From a bacterium (GTDB lineage Bacteria > Patescibacteriota > Minisyncoccia > UBA6257 > MFKM01), in NCBI GenBank assembly GCA_030693325.1, contig JAUYAV010000019.1, positions 65,324-129,323 on the forward strand: a stretch of 64,000 nt of DNA, given 5' to 3'. The notes under the pieces are model-generated. The model was not told the origin of the DNA. It worked only from the letters and a program-made list of their open reading frames with translations, and did no database searches. A program made the position numbers and the translations under genes. Shown here piece by piece: positions 37,763-47,338 of the stretch (its first letter is position 1; each line of letters starts with the position of its first letter).

Positions 37763-39533
37763 AGATATTTTAACCGACAGGGCGGCGGTGAATGATTTAT
37801 TGGAGGTACCGGTCAAGCCGGTCGTTTTTAGAATTTGTTTCTTGGTTATTCTTTTGGCGGTTTTAACAGCCGCCAGCCGCCTTTTTTCTTTAAATGTTTT
37901 TAAAGCGGATTTTTATCAGCGGCGCGCTTTGGCCAACATCAGCGAGATTGACGTTCAGAAATCCGAACGGGGGATAATTTTTGACCGCTACGGCAAACCC
38001 TTGGTTAAGAACAAACCGATTTTTAACGCGGTTTTAGTGCCTTCGCAATTGCCAAAAGACGGGACAGAGAAAAAAACGGCTTTAAACAAAATCGCCGAGA
38101 TTTTAAATTTGGCGACTGGAGCTTTGGATAAAATTTTTAAGGAATCCGACCTGGAATTCGCCAATCGGATTTTATTGGCTAGTGATTTGCCCCAAAGCAA
38201 GGCTGTTGCCTTACAAGGCGCTAATTTAGCCGGATTACAAATTGAAAACGATTGGCAAAGGGATTACCAGGGTTCTGAGGCTTTCAGTCATTTATTGGGC
38301 TATGTCGGTTTGGTCACCAAAAACGACCTTACTATTGACCCTGATTTAGTGAGCGATGACTTGGTGGGTAAAAGCGGTTTGGAGGCCTATTATGATAATC
38401 AATTAAGAGGCGAAAACGGCATGATAACCAGTTTTAGAAACGCCAAAGGGAAAATTTTGGCTGAAAATTTGACCAAACAATCGGAACCCGGTCAGCCGTT
38501 GAAAACTTTTATTGACGCCGATCTTCAAAATTATTTTTATAATCGCTTAAAGCAAGAATTAAAAAAATTAGGCCGGGATATCGGAGTGGGGATAGCTATT
38601 GACCCGAGAAACGGCGAGATTTTGGCTATGGTCAGCGTGCCGGGGTTTGATGCTAACGATATTGTTGATTCTTTAAATCAGCCGAATCAGCCGTTTTTCA
38701 ACCGGGCCATCGCCGGCCTTTACGCTCCGGGCTCAACAATTAAACCTTTGGTAGCCGTCGCCGCTCTTAATGAAAAAATTATTGACACCAAAAAAGAAAT
38801 TTTTTCCTCCGGCCGGATTGAAATTCCCAATCCTTATCATCCCGACCAGCCGAGTGTTTTTTTGGACTGGAAAGCGAACGGCTGGGTTAATCTTTATTCA
38901 GCCATAGCGCGTTCTTGCAATATTTATTTTTACGCTTTGGGCGGCGGCTTGGAAGACATTAACGGTTTGGGAATTACCAAACTCCGCGATTATTGGCAGC
39001 GTTTCGGTTTGGGCGCTAAAACCAATATTGATTTAGTCGGCGAAAAAGCGGGAGTTCTGCCAGTGCCTTCTTCTGATTGGCGGTTGGGCGACACCTACAA
39101 CGTAAGCATCGGCCAAGGCGACCTTTTAGTCACTCCTTTGCAGTTAGTTAATCACATTACAGCTATTGCCAATGGCGGTAAAATATACCAGCCTCGGATA
39201 GCTCAAACCGAATCAAAAACAATTGAAGACCTTAGTTATTTAAAAGCGGATTTTTCCGAGGTGGAAAAAGGAATGATTGATGCCACTCAAAAGCCCTACG
39301 GCACGGCTTATCTTTTAAATGATTTGCCTTTTGTGACGGCCGCTAAAACCGGAACCGCCCAGATTAATTTCAATACCAAAGTCAACGCTTTGTTTGTCGG
39401 TTATGGTCCAGTGCCAGACCCGCAGGTAGCTATTATGGTTTTAGTGGAAAATGCCAGGGAAGGCAGTTTGAACGTTGTTCCTATAGCCAAGGATGTTTTT
39501 AGGTGGTATTATGAAAACCGAATTATTAAATAA
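37734..39533 (+). CDS. mrdA: Penicillin-binding protein 2 (transpeptidase)
   Basis: SxxK motif (GSTIKP); operon context. Confidence 0.9.
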   Translation: MKKKTELNLEDILTDRAAVNDLLEVPVKPVVFRICFLVILLAVLTAASRLFSLNVFKADFYQRRALANISEIDVQKSERGIIFDRYGKPLVKNKPIFNAVLVPSQLPKDGTEKKTALNKIAEILNLATGALDKIFKESDLEFANRILLASDLPQSKAVALQGANLAGLQIENDWQRDYQGSEAFSHLLGYVGLVTKNDLTIDPDLVSDDLVGKSGLEAYYDNQLRGENGMITSFRNAKGKILAENLTKQSEPGQPLKTFIDADLQNYFYNRLKQELKKLGRDIGVGIAIDPRNGEILAMVSVPGFDANDIVDSLNQPNQPFFNRAIAGLYAPGSTIKPLVAVAALNEKIIDTKKEIFSSGRIEIPNPYHPDQPSVFLDWKANGWVNLYSAIARSCNIYFYALGGGLEDINGLGITKLRDYWQRFGLGAKTNIDLVGEKAGVLPVPSSDWRLGDTYNVSIGQGDLLVTPLQLVNHITAIANGGKIYQPRIAQTESKTIEDLSYLKADFSEVEKGMIDATQKPYGTAYLLNDLPFVTAAKTGTAQINFNTKVNALFVGYGPVPDPQVAIMVLVENAREGSLNVVPIAKDVFRWYYENRIIK

Positions 39534-39541
39534 TTTTTATT

Positions 39542-40000
39542 ATGACAAGAGTTTATTTAACTAGAGAACGGCTAGTGGAGCTGAAAAATGAATTGGTTGA
39601 TTTGAAAACCAACGCCCGGAAAGAAATATCCGAGCGGCTTAAACAAGCCAAAGAAATGGGAGATCTTTCGGAGAATTCGGAATTTACCAGCGCCCGCGAA
39701 GACCAGGTGCTATTAGAGCATCGGATCGGCCAGCTGGAAGAAATGATTCGCGAAGCGGCTTTAATTCACAAACCCAGCCAAAGCGATACAGTCAAGATCG
39801 GTTCCACTATTAAAGTCCAAAAGGGTAACCAGTTTTTTACTTACACCATCGTTGGCCCCGAAGACAGCAAGCCAGGCAAAGGCCTGATTTCCAACGAATC
39901 GCCTTTAGGCAAAGCATTTTTAGGGAAAAAATCAGATGATATAGTAAAAGCGCAGACCCCGGTTGGACTGGCTGAATATAAAATCATAAAAATAGGATAA
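39542..40000 (+). CDS. greA: Transcription elongation factor GreA
   Basis: GreA N-terminal coiled coil (DLSENSEF). Confidence 0.9.
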   Translation: MTRVYLTRERLVELKNELVDLKTNARKEISERLKQAKEMGDLSENSEFTSAREDQVLLEHRIGQLEEMIREAALIHKPSQSDTVKIGSTIKVQKGNQFFTYTIVGPEDSKPGKGLISNESPLGKAFLGKKSDDIVKAQTPVGLAEYKIIKIG

Positions 40001-40019
40001 AAATTCAAATATTGAATTC

Positions 40020-41435
40020 ATGTTAGAAGATATTATCAAAGAAAGACGCAGAAAATTAGAAAAAATTCTCAAACAAGGAGTTAATCCTTATCCTTCTTCG
40101 GCAAAGCGGACGGCTTTAACAGCTGAAGTTTTGGAAAATTTTAATCGTTGGGAGAAAAGCAAAAAGATTTTATTTTTGGTCGGGCGGTTGCGGGCTTGGC
40201 GCGATCAGGGCGGAATAATTTTTGCCAACTTGGAAGATGAAACCGGCCGATTCCAATTGGTATTTAACGAAAAGCAAACCAAACAATTTGTTTCTTTTAA
40301 AGAAACTTTGGACATTGGTGATTTTGTTGAAGTTTCAGGCAAACTTTTCAAAACCAAAAGAGGGGAGAAAAGTTTGGCCGTGAATTCCGGCCGGATTATC
40401 AGTAAAAGTTTAAGGCCTTTGCCGACCGAATGGTTCGGTCTTAAAGACGCCGAAGAGCGTTTTCGCCGCCGCTATCTTGATTTACTTTTGAATCCCGAAG
40501 TTAAAACCCGTCTGCAAAAACGCTCGGAGATAACCGGCGAACTCCGGAAATTGCTTTGGGCTGATGGATTTTTGGAGGTGGAAACGCCGATGCTTCAGCC
40601 AATGCCTGGCGGCGCCAAAGCCAAGCCCTTTAAAACGCGTTGGGAGGCCTTGCGCGAAGACGTTTACTTAAGAATCGCCCCGGAATTGTATCTCAAAAGA
40701 TTATTGGTCGGAGGTTTTGAAAAAATTTTTGAAATCGGCAAGAATTTCCGCAATGAAGGAATAGACCGCGAACATTATCCCGAATTTACCATGTTGGAAC
40801 TTTATTGGGCTTATCAGGATTACAGCTCTTTAATGAAATTCACCAAGAAAATTTTGTTGAAACTGGTCAAGAGTTTGAAATTAAAATCAACGGTTTTTAA
40901 TCATCCGTGGCAGACCTTCACTTTTGATGAAGTTCTGAAAAAATTCACCCCGCACCACTTTATACATAAAAGTGGTGCTGGGTTCATCAAATCTTCGCAA
41001 CGGAGTAATCTTTCAAATCTAAATCCCGAAGAGGCCGCCGAAATTTTCAAAAAAGAAATTTGCCCCAAACTAATCAATCCCACTTTTATTATTGATTATC
41101 CCGCGGCTATTTCCCCCTTGGCCAAATCTTCTTTAAAAGATTCTCATTTGGTTGAAAGATTCCAGTTGGTGGTTAATGGTTGGGAATTGGTTAACGGCTA
41201 TTCTGAGTTGAATAACCCCGAAGAACAGCGTCGCCGCTTGGAAGAACAGGAAAAAAGATATCTGGCCGGCGACCAGGAATTGTCACGGGTTGATCAGGAT
41301 TTTCTTGAGGCCTTGGAATACGGAATGCCGCCGGCCGCCGGCTTGGGCATAGGAATTGACAGATTAGTGGCTATTTTAACGGAAAGTCACGGCATCAGAG
41401 AAATAATCAGTTTCCCGATGCTTAAAGGCAAATAA
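40020..41435 (+). CDS. lysS: Lysyl-tRNA synthetase, class II
   Basis: OB-fold plus class II core. Confidence 0.95.
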   Translation: MLEDIIKERRRKLEKILKQGVNPYPSSAKRTALTAEVLENFNRWEKSKKILFLVGRLRAWRDQGGIIFANLEDETGRFQLVFNEKQTKQFVSFKETLDIGDFVEVSGKLFKTKRGEKSLAVNSGRIISKSLRPLPTEWFGLKDAEERFRRRYLDLLLNPEVKTRLQKRSEITGELRKLLWADGFLEVETPMLQPMPGGAKAKPFKTRWEALREDVYLRIAPELYLKRLLVGGFEKIFEIGKNFRNEGIDREHYPEFTMLELYWAYQDYSSLMKFTKKILLKLVKSLKLKSTVFNHPWQTFTFDEVLKKFTPHHFIHKSGAGFIKSSQRSNLSNLNPEEAAEIFKKEICPKLINPTFIIDYPAAISPLAKSSLKDSHLVERFQLVVNGWELVNGYSELNNPEEQRRRLEEQEKRYLAGDQELSRVDQDFLEALEYGMPPAAGLGIGIDRLVAILTESHGIREIISFPMLKGK

Positions 41436-41451
41436 TAATTTATTTAATTAT

Positions 41452-42774
41452 ATGCTAGACGTAAAATTTATCAGAGACAATCCGGAGTTGGTTAAAGAAG
41501 GAATCGCCAAAAAAAGAGCTGACCCTAAATTGGTGGATTCTTTTTTGCGGCTGGACGAGGACTGGCGGACTAAAGTCGCGGCCATTGACGAATTGCGCTC
41601 GGAGCATAATTTGAATAACACGGAATTGGCCAAACATCAGACCGATGATTTGCTCAGCAAAGCGGAAATTTTAAAAAAACAATTAATCAAACTGGAGGAT
41701 GACAAAAAAGATTTAGAGGAACGCCGTCAAGCCAAGCTTAATTTAATACCCAATTTACCTGATGCCGATGCGCTGTTGGGAAAAAACGAAACCGAAAATC
41801 AAGTTATAAAGGAAGTCGGTAAAAAACCTGAATTTTCCGCCAAAGGCGGATCCGCCGCAGGTGGAGATTTTGTTCCCAAGGATTATCTTTCTTTGGCCGA
41901 GAAACTCGGCATTATTGACGTGAAGCGAGCCGCCAAGGTTTCAGGTAGCCGTTTTGGCTATCTTCTGGGCACGGCCGCTCTTTTGGAGTTCGCTTTAATC
42001 AATTTCGCGATAAAACGCCTTCTTGACGAAGATTTTATTTCCGAAATAATCAAGAAAAATAATCTTAATATTTCCAAAAAGGCCTTTATTCCGGTTATAC
42101 CGCCGGTTTTAATCAACCGGAAATCAATGTGGGGGATGGGCTATCTGGACCAGGCCGCCGATGAAATTTATCATTTGGAAAAAGACGATCTTTATCTAGT
42201 GGGCACTTCGGAACAGTCGCTTGGAACGATGCACCAGGACGAAACTTTTAAAGAAAACGAGTTGCCTAAACGTTATGTCGGATTTTCTACCTGTTTTCGC
42301 CGTGAAGCCGGTTCTTACGGTAAAGATACTAAAGGCATTTTGCGAGTTCATCAGTTTAATAAACTGGAAATGTTCAGTTTCACTACTCCGGAAACTTCCA
42401 AAGAAGAACATAAATTATTTTTGGCGATTGAGGAGGCCTTGATGCAGGAACTGGAAATTCCTTATCGGGTAATGAATATTTGCACCGGCGATTTGGGCGC
42501 GCCGGCCGCTTCAAAATTTGACATTGAAGCGTGGTTCCCGAGCGAGAATATTTACCGCGAAACCCATTCCACTTCCAACTGCACCGATTATCAGGCGCGA
42601 AGATTAAATACCCGTTATAAAAACAAAGCCGGAAAGACGAATTTTGTTCATATGGTAAACGGCACGGTTTTTTCCCAGCGGCCCATCCTCTCCATTATTG
42701 AAAATTATCAAACCAAAGAAGGCGCTATAAACATTCCCAAGGTTTTGAGTTTTTATTTTGAGAAGCTAAAGTAG
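41452..42774 (+). CDS. serS: Seryl-tRNA synthetase
   Basis: N-terminal coiled coil plus class II core. Confidence 0.95.
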   Translation: MLDVKFIRDNPELVKEGIAKKRADPKLVDSFLRLDEDWRTKVAAIDELRSEHNLNNTELAKHQTDDLLSKAEILKKQLIKLEDDKKDLEERRQAKLNLIPNLPDADALLGKNETENQVIKEVGKKPEFSAKGGSAAGGDFVPKDYLSLAEKLGIIDVKRAAKVSGSRFGYLLGTAALLEFALINFAIKRLLDEDFISEIIKKNNLNISKKAFIPVIPPVLINRKSMWGMGYLDQAADEIYHLEKDDLYLVGTSEQSLGTMHQDETFKENELPKRYVGFSTCFRREAGSYGKDTKGILRVHQFNKLEMFSFTTPETSKEEHKLFLAIEEALMQELEIPYRVMNICTGDLGAPAASKFDIEAWFPSENIYRETHSTSNCTDYQARRLNTRYKNKAGKTNFVHMVNGTVFSQRPILSIIENYQTKEGAINIPKVLSFYFEKLK

Positions 42775-42841
42775 GAATTTTTGATAGTTTAATTCTCCTA
42801 GGTAGAGCCACAGCAATGGGTTTGGTCTATATTTCTAGAGC

Positions 42842-42859
42842 GATATACTTAAGTATATC
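42842..42859. promoter_or_regulatory. 18-bp perfect palindrome GATATACTTAAGTATATC (copy 1) at the 3' flank of the TrpR-like gene
   Basis: Exact self-complementary 18-mer. Confidence 0.8.
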
Positions 42860-42866
42860 ATGAAAA

Positions 42867-43256
42867 CTAAATAATGCTTTGGGCGCCTTTATAGCTTGGA
42901 AGCAATGGTTTGTATTTTTTCCCCTTCCTTGCCTCAATATCCAATAATTCTCTTGATTTAAAATTCTTTTTTATGATTCTTTTTCTTGGCTTCTTAAACC
43001 CACTTTTGACAAAACTTATGGTTTTCAAAGTTATGGCCAACTCTCTACTGATTTCTCTATAACTTAATCCTTTCTCCAAAAAATAAAAAATACCCAATCT
43101 TTTTTCAAAGACAATCTTTTCTTGGGGAGTAAAATATTTATCCGAAAAAGCGTCAAATTCTTCATAATTTTTTATATTTTTAATCTCTCGCAAAAACCGC
43201 GTCCAAATATCTTCCTTGAATTTTTTATCAAAATATTTTTTACAGGTCGTGGACAT
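42867..43256 (-). CDS. TrpR/YerC-YecD-like HTH DNA-binding protein
   Basis: FTPQEKIVFEKRLGIFYFLEKGLSYREISRELAITLKTIS matches the Trp-repressor-like fold. Confidence 0.6.
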   Translation of the reverse strand: MSTTCKKYFDKKFKEDIWTRFLREIKNIKNYEEFDAFSDKYFTPQEKIVFEKRLGIFYFLEKGLSYREISRELAITLKTISFVKSGFKKPRKRIIKKNFKSRELLDIEARKGKKYKPLLPSYKGAQSII

Positions 43257-43264
43257 ATTGAAAC

Positions 43265-43675
43265 GATATACTTAAGTATATCACCGTGGCTTAATTTAAG
43301 AATAAAACCCAATCAAATGATGTGTTAAGCGATATACTTAAGTATAACACTGTTGAAAAAAATATAAAATAAAAATAAATAAAAATATCGGATTTGTTCC
43401 AACACCGATAAGTTAATCCAACGCCTTAATCAAATACTCCAATCAAAAAGAGAGTCATATGCTGATATACTTAAGTATATCAGCATTAAAGAGATTTTCT
43501 TCTAGAATTTTTTGAGGGGCCGGAACAATCTAAAAAAGATGATCTAAGTTGGCTGAAAGAGATGGATTTAGAGGATATAAAAACTTAACTTTGGAATAAG
43601 GAGGAATAATCCATTCTTACGAGGTTTAACCTCGTAAGAATCTCTACTCCTACACTGATATACTTAAGTATATCA
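43265..43675. repeat. ORF-free region with four more copies of the GATATACTTAAGTATATC palindrome (43265, 43331 imperfect, 43464, 43656; extended to 22-24 bp in two copies)
   Basis: Copies read directly; the first lies 9 nt upstream of the TrpR-like start codon. Confidence 0.8.
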
Positions 43676-43856
43676 GCTTCGTAGATTACGATGGATTTGC
43701 TCCGACTTTGTCGAGAGTCTCCGACAGGAGTCGCGAGTCATCGGACCTCGATGAAATCGGGACAATTTTGAATCGCTTCTAAACATTATCGAGGTTCGAC
43801 CTCGATAATGTAAAAATTTTTATACTTAAGTCAACTATTGAGATTCAATCTCAATA
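43613..43856. repeat. Three further unrelated perfect hairpins: attcttacgagg/cctcgtaagaat at 43613-43641, cattatcgagg/cctcgataatg at 43784-43810, ctattgagat/atctcaatag at 43834-43856
   Basis: Exact inverted repeats with 3-5 nt loops. Confidence 0.7.
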
Positions 43857-43864
43857 GAAAAATT

Positions 43865-44251
43865 TTATGGGCACCCCGTGATAAGACCATCTTTAATAGT
43901 TGCTTGGCATTTGGTAGTACAAGTGGCATCTGCGCAAAGCCAATATGAAGCGCTATTGGTTAAACCTTGCGTTCCGTCTCCCGAGTAATAATCATTTGCT
44001 CGCAGTGTTCCATTTACTTCTAAAAGATAACTCGGCCCCGCCGTCCCGATGCCGACGTTGCCGTTATCTAATACTGCCATTCTCCATCCACCTGAATAAA
44101 ATCCTGTCCAATCTTCTGCGTCACCTCCACGGCCTATAAAAACTGTATCAGTTGTTGGAGTTCCTGATTCTGTAAACCATATACCACCGCCATTCCCGCC
44201 CGTACCACGAGTCCTTATTCTTCCGACAGTATCTAAAATGTATCCCGGCAC
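43865..44251 (-). CDS. Gly-rich small secreted protein with a GNVGIGT motif and Cys-rich C-terminus (last gene of the pilin operon)
   Basis: Shares the NGNVGIGTAGP repeat with the upstream large protein. Confidence 0.45.
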   Translation of the reverse strand: MPGYILDTVGRIRTRGTGGNGGGIWFTESGTPTTDTVFIGRGGDAEDWTGFYSGGWRMAVLDNGNVGIGTAGPSYLLEVNGTLRANDYYSGDGTQGLTNSASYWLCADATCTTKCQATIKDGLITGCP

Positions 44252-44282
44252 CGTCGTCCCGATGCCGACGTTGCCAGAATTT

Positions 44283-46754
44283 TTAATTAACTTTACAACA
44301 AATAGCTATACACTTATTACCGTACCCGCCACCGCTATAAGTATAGCAATTACAACCATCTGCGACGGGCATGGCAGTTTGGCCTTCTCCTCCTGGAGCA
44401 CATCCTGTTAGGCTATATCCAGCTGGACATGTAGCAGAAGTATAGGTACCTATTGCCGAGTCAGTAGTGACTGCAGTACACGTCAACCCCGTGCCACTCA
44501 ATGTTTTGCTATTAAAACTAGTTGCAATCGCAGCACCGTTTACATCTAACTTCGCCCCCGGACTCGCCGTCCCGATGCCGACGTTGCCGCTAACACTCAA
44601 ATCACTGGCAGTTATCACGCCGTAAGGCGCGGTTGGAGGAGTGAAATTAGAAGTCCAGCGGGCGATGCCCTTGGAGATACGGACTTCGTCTATCCAGCCA
44701 TTAAGATACATTGCTCCACCAGTCGAACCCATAACTAAAACGGATGCAGAATTAGGGAGTGTTCCTAATCCTGTAGTTGTTGATCCTACCTGTATTCCAT
44801 CTTTGAATATTCTTAAATTGTCGCCATTCCTTACAACTGCAAAATGATACCAAACATTAGTTGTATAGGTTACCGCACCTCCTACACTAGCAACTACACC
44901 TGAGTTTATTGAATAAAAAGATATTTGCTCACCACCATATCCTCCAAAATAGAAATATGGGTCAGAAACGCCTTGACCTACAAAGCCAGCCCAACCAGAT
45001 ACACTATTAAATTTTACCCAACTATCAATAGTAAAATCTCCAGTACCAAAATCCCAATCAGCACTATCTGGAACAGTAAGATAATCCGTGCTTCCGTTGA
45101 ACACGGCGCTTTTTGAACCAAACTTATACTGAGCGGTGGTTTGGGTGGCAGAGCCAACAGCGGTAACGGCTTTGCCTGTTGCCGAATCACTGAAGGAAGT
45201 TCCCGAACCCTCCATATGGAGTAATAACTTGTTGTAGCTGTCCGTTGTCTGCAATCCTTGGGGAGCGTTTATCAATCCGGCCACGTCTAATATATAACCC
45301 GGGTTAATTGTCCCGATGCCGACGTTGCCGGAGGAATTTACAACAAGGGCGTCAACTGCAGTAGGCGTAAGATATCTGACGATGACGATGCCTGAACCAC
45401 CAGCATAGCCTGGTGATGTTGCATACCGACCATCACCACCATTTCCACTATTTGCTGCACCTGCCGCAGAACCTCCACCACCATGACCACCTGCTGCATA
45501 GGTTATTGAAGCACCTGAAATAGAGTTCGCTGTCCCATTTCCTCCTACGCCTCCATTATGCAAAGGATTATTTGTTGGAGCCGAACCAACACTTGCTGAC
45601 CCTCCTCCTCCACCGCCACCTGCACCGCCTCCAGCATAACCATTCTGACCACCATTATACCCTTGGCTACCTGTTCCTACAGTTGCTGGACCATAATTGA
45701 AATAACCGGCGCCACCTCCGCTTCCTCCATTAACTCCGTTAGGTAGATTATTATCCTGTCCTGCAATCCACCCAGCCCCTCCACCACCACCGCCATTAGC
45801 AGTAATAGTTGAAAATACGGAATTATTACCAGAAGAACCTTTTACATACGCTCCAACTCCACCTGCACCACCATTACCAACAGTAACTGTGTAAGCTTGC
45901 GCAGTAACTGCTAAAGAAGCATTATATTGATAACCTCCTGCTCCTCCTCCACCCGCACCACCATTACCTGATGAACCTCCACCACCCCCACCTGCTACAA
46001 CAAGAACTTCTACATTTCTAGAAACATTTGGAGTGAAGGTTCCACCAGGATATGTAAAGGTATGAATAGTGTAACCCCCGATATATGTTATTGTTCCACC
46101 AGTAGCAGAAGATGTTGGTGTTACTTTTACATGTAAGGGTCCAGCCGGCGCTGTCGTCCCGATGCCGACGCTGCCGTCATTTAAAATTACCATTTTTCTT
46201 GCATCAGTATCGGCGCTGGCGAATGTTCCAAAAACAATATCATAGCGAGACATAATACCCAAATTTCTTCTACCTGAAGCGTTATAAGAAAATATTGATT
46301 GCCTGAAACTATCATCAGTGCCATCTGTTAAATTTATTACAGCACCCAAGGTAGTCATATCTGGAAAATAACTTGAGCTAACAAACGCACCCGCAGTACT
46401 TCCAATTTGTACTTGTTTGTAAGTATCCCCTTGCACCTGCAACTTTGACAATGGATTCGCCGTCCCGATGCCCACGTTCCCGGCGTTGGTATTGTAGATA
46501 TTAGTGGAAGAAGCGGCCCAACCCACGCCTCCAAGAACAGACCAAGCGCCGCTCGCGTAACCCCGGAAAGCGTTGCTCGCGGTATTGTAGTAGATAGACC
46601 CGTTCTGGGCTCCGGCCACGGGGTCGTTAATCAGCTGGCCCACATTGAGGAGATTGGAAATGTTGATGTCTTTCCATTTGTAAGTGGCATCACCCAGGGA
46701 AAAAGAATTGTTGGTATTGGGAATCAAACTATCGTCAAAGGTGGCGGCGCTCAC
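44283..46754 (-). CDS. Large Gly-rich surface protein with GNVGIGT repeats and a C-terminal LamG/ConA-like lectin domain; probable pilus-associated adhesin
   Basis: About 5 copies of xGNVGIGTxxP; poly-Gly tracts; LamG-like region (WDFGTGDFTIDSWVKF...WYHFAVVRNGDNLRIFKDG); sits immediately after the pilin gene. Confidence 0.55.
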   Translation of the reverse strand: MSAATFDDSLIPNTNNSFSLGDATYKWKDINISNLLNVGQLINDPVAGAQNGSIYYNTASNAFRGYASGAWSVLGGVGWAASSTNIYNTNAGNVGIGTANPLSKLQVQGDTYKQVQIGSTAGAFVSSSYFPDMTTLGAVINLTDGTDDSFRQSIFSYNASGRRNLGIMSRYDIVFGTFASADTDARKMVILNDGSVGIGTTAPAGPLHVKVTPTSSATGGTITYIGGYTIHTFTYPGGTFTPNVSRNVEVLVVAGGGGGGSSGNGGAGGGGAGGYQYNASLAVTAQAYTVTVGNGGAGGVGAYVKGSSGNNSVFSTITANGGGGGGAGWIAGQDNNLPNGVNGGSGGGAGYFNYGPATVGTGSQGYNGGQNGYAGGGAGGGGGGGSASVGSAPTNNPLHNGGVGGNGTANSISGASITYAAGGHGGGGSAAGAANSGNGGDGRYATSPGYAGGSGIVIVRYLTPTAVDALVVNSSGNVGIGTINPGYILDVAGLINAPQGLQTTDSYNKLLLHMEGSGTSFSDSATGKAVTAVGSATQTTAQYKFGSKSAVFNGSTDYLTVPDSADWDFGTGDFTIDSWVKFNSVSGWAGFVGQGVSDPYFYFGGYGGEQISFYSINSGVVASVGGAVTYTTNVWYHFAVVRNGDNLRIFKDGIQVGSTTTGLGTLPNSASVLVMGSTGGAMYLNGWIDEVRISKGIARWTSNFTPPTAPYGVITASDLSVSGNVGIGTASPGAKLDVNGAAIATSFNSKTLSGTGLTCTAVTTDSAIGTYTSATCPAGYSLTGCAPGGEGQTAMPVADGCNCYTYSGGGYGNKCIAICCKVN

Positions 46755-46769
46755 TCTGCCGATGGCGAT

Positions 46770-47243
46770 CTAGAGGGCTCTCGTTATCTGCTGATAGGGA
46801 TTCTGGCTGTTGTAGGTCAAAGAAAGGTTGATCTGGACAATGGCGTGGGCCTGGGGGTTTTCGTATTTGATGGCTTCAAACTGGGCAACCTTCACCTGGC
46901 TGTTGGTCAGGGAGTAGGTTTCTCCCGTGCCCTGCTTCAGATAAATACCATTGGCATCGGAGGAAATAATGGTGGGGTCCAAAGAAGACGAAGCCATTCT
47001 CAAGACCAGACTGGAAGAAGCCACTCCGGCCGGGTTCTCTATATTGGCGCTGTCTCTGACCAATCTTTGAATAGTTGACTGGACAAACGACAATTGCTGG
47101 GTGAGCTCGGAATCAGCCGAGGTCTGGGTCTGGACCCGGGTGAAGGTGATGAGAACTCCGGAGAAGACCCCGACGGAGATGGAGAAGATGGCAGTATAGA
47201 TTAAAAGCTCAATAAGAGTGAAACCTTTTTGAGATTTATTCAT
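46770..47243 (-). CDS. Type IV pilin / pseudopilin (prepilin N-terminal methylation motif)
   Basis: MNKSQKGFTLIELLI class-III signal sequence. Confidence 0.8.
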   Translation of the reverse strand: MNKSQKGFTLIELLIYTAIFSISVGVFSGVLITFTRVQTQTSADSELTQQLSFVQSTIQRLVRDSANIENPAGVASSSLVLRMASSSLDPTIISSDANGIYLKQGTGETYSLTNSQVKVAQFEAIKYENPQAHAIVQINLSLTYNSQNPYQQITRAL

Positions 47244-47338
47244 ATATAGTGGTATTATAACATTTTTTATTTCAAACGTTGATGCGCTTCGCTTTTTATC
47301 TTGGCGTAAAAGGGTTTAAGGGATATTATTAAACAGAG

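Noticed and set aside
43260-43860. Possible CRISPR array, given the repeated 18-24 bp element
   Set aside because: The repeats are perfect palindromes with irregular spacing (66-423 bp), not evenly spaced direct repeats with unique spacers. There are no cas genes in the window.
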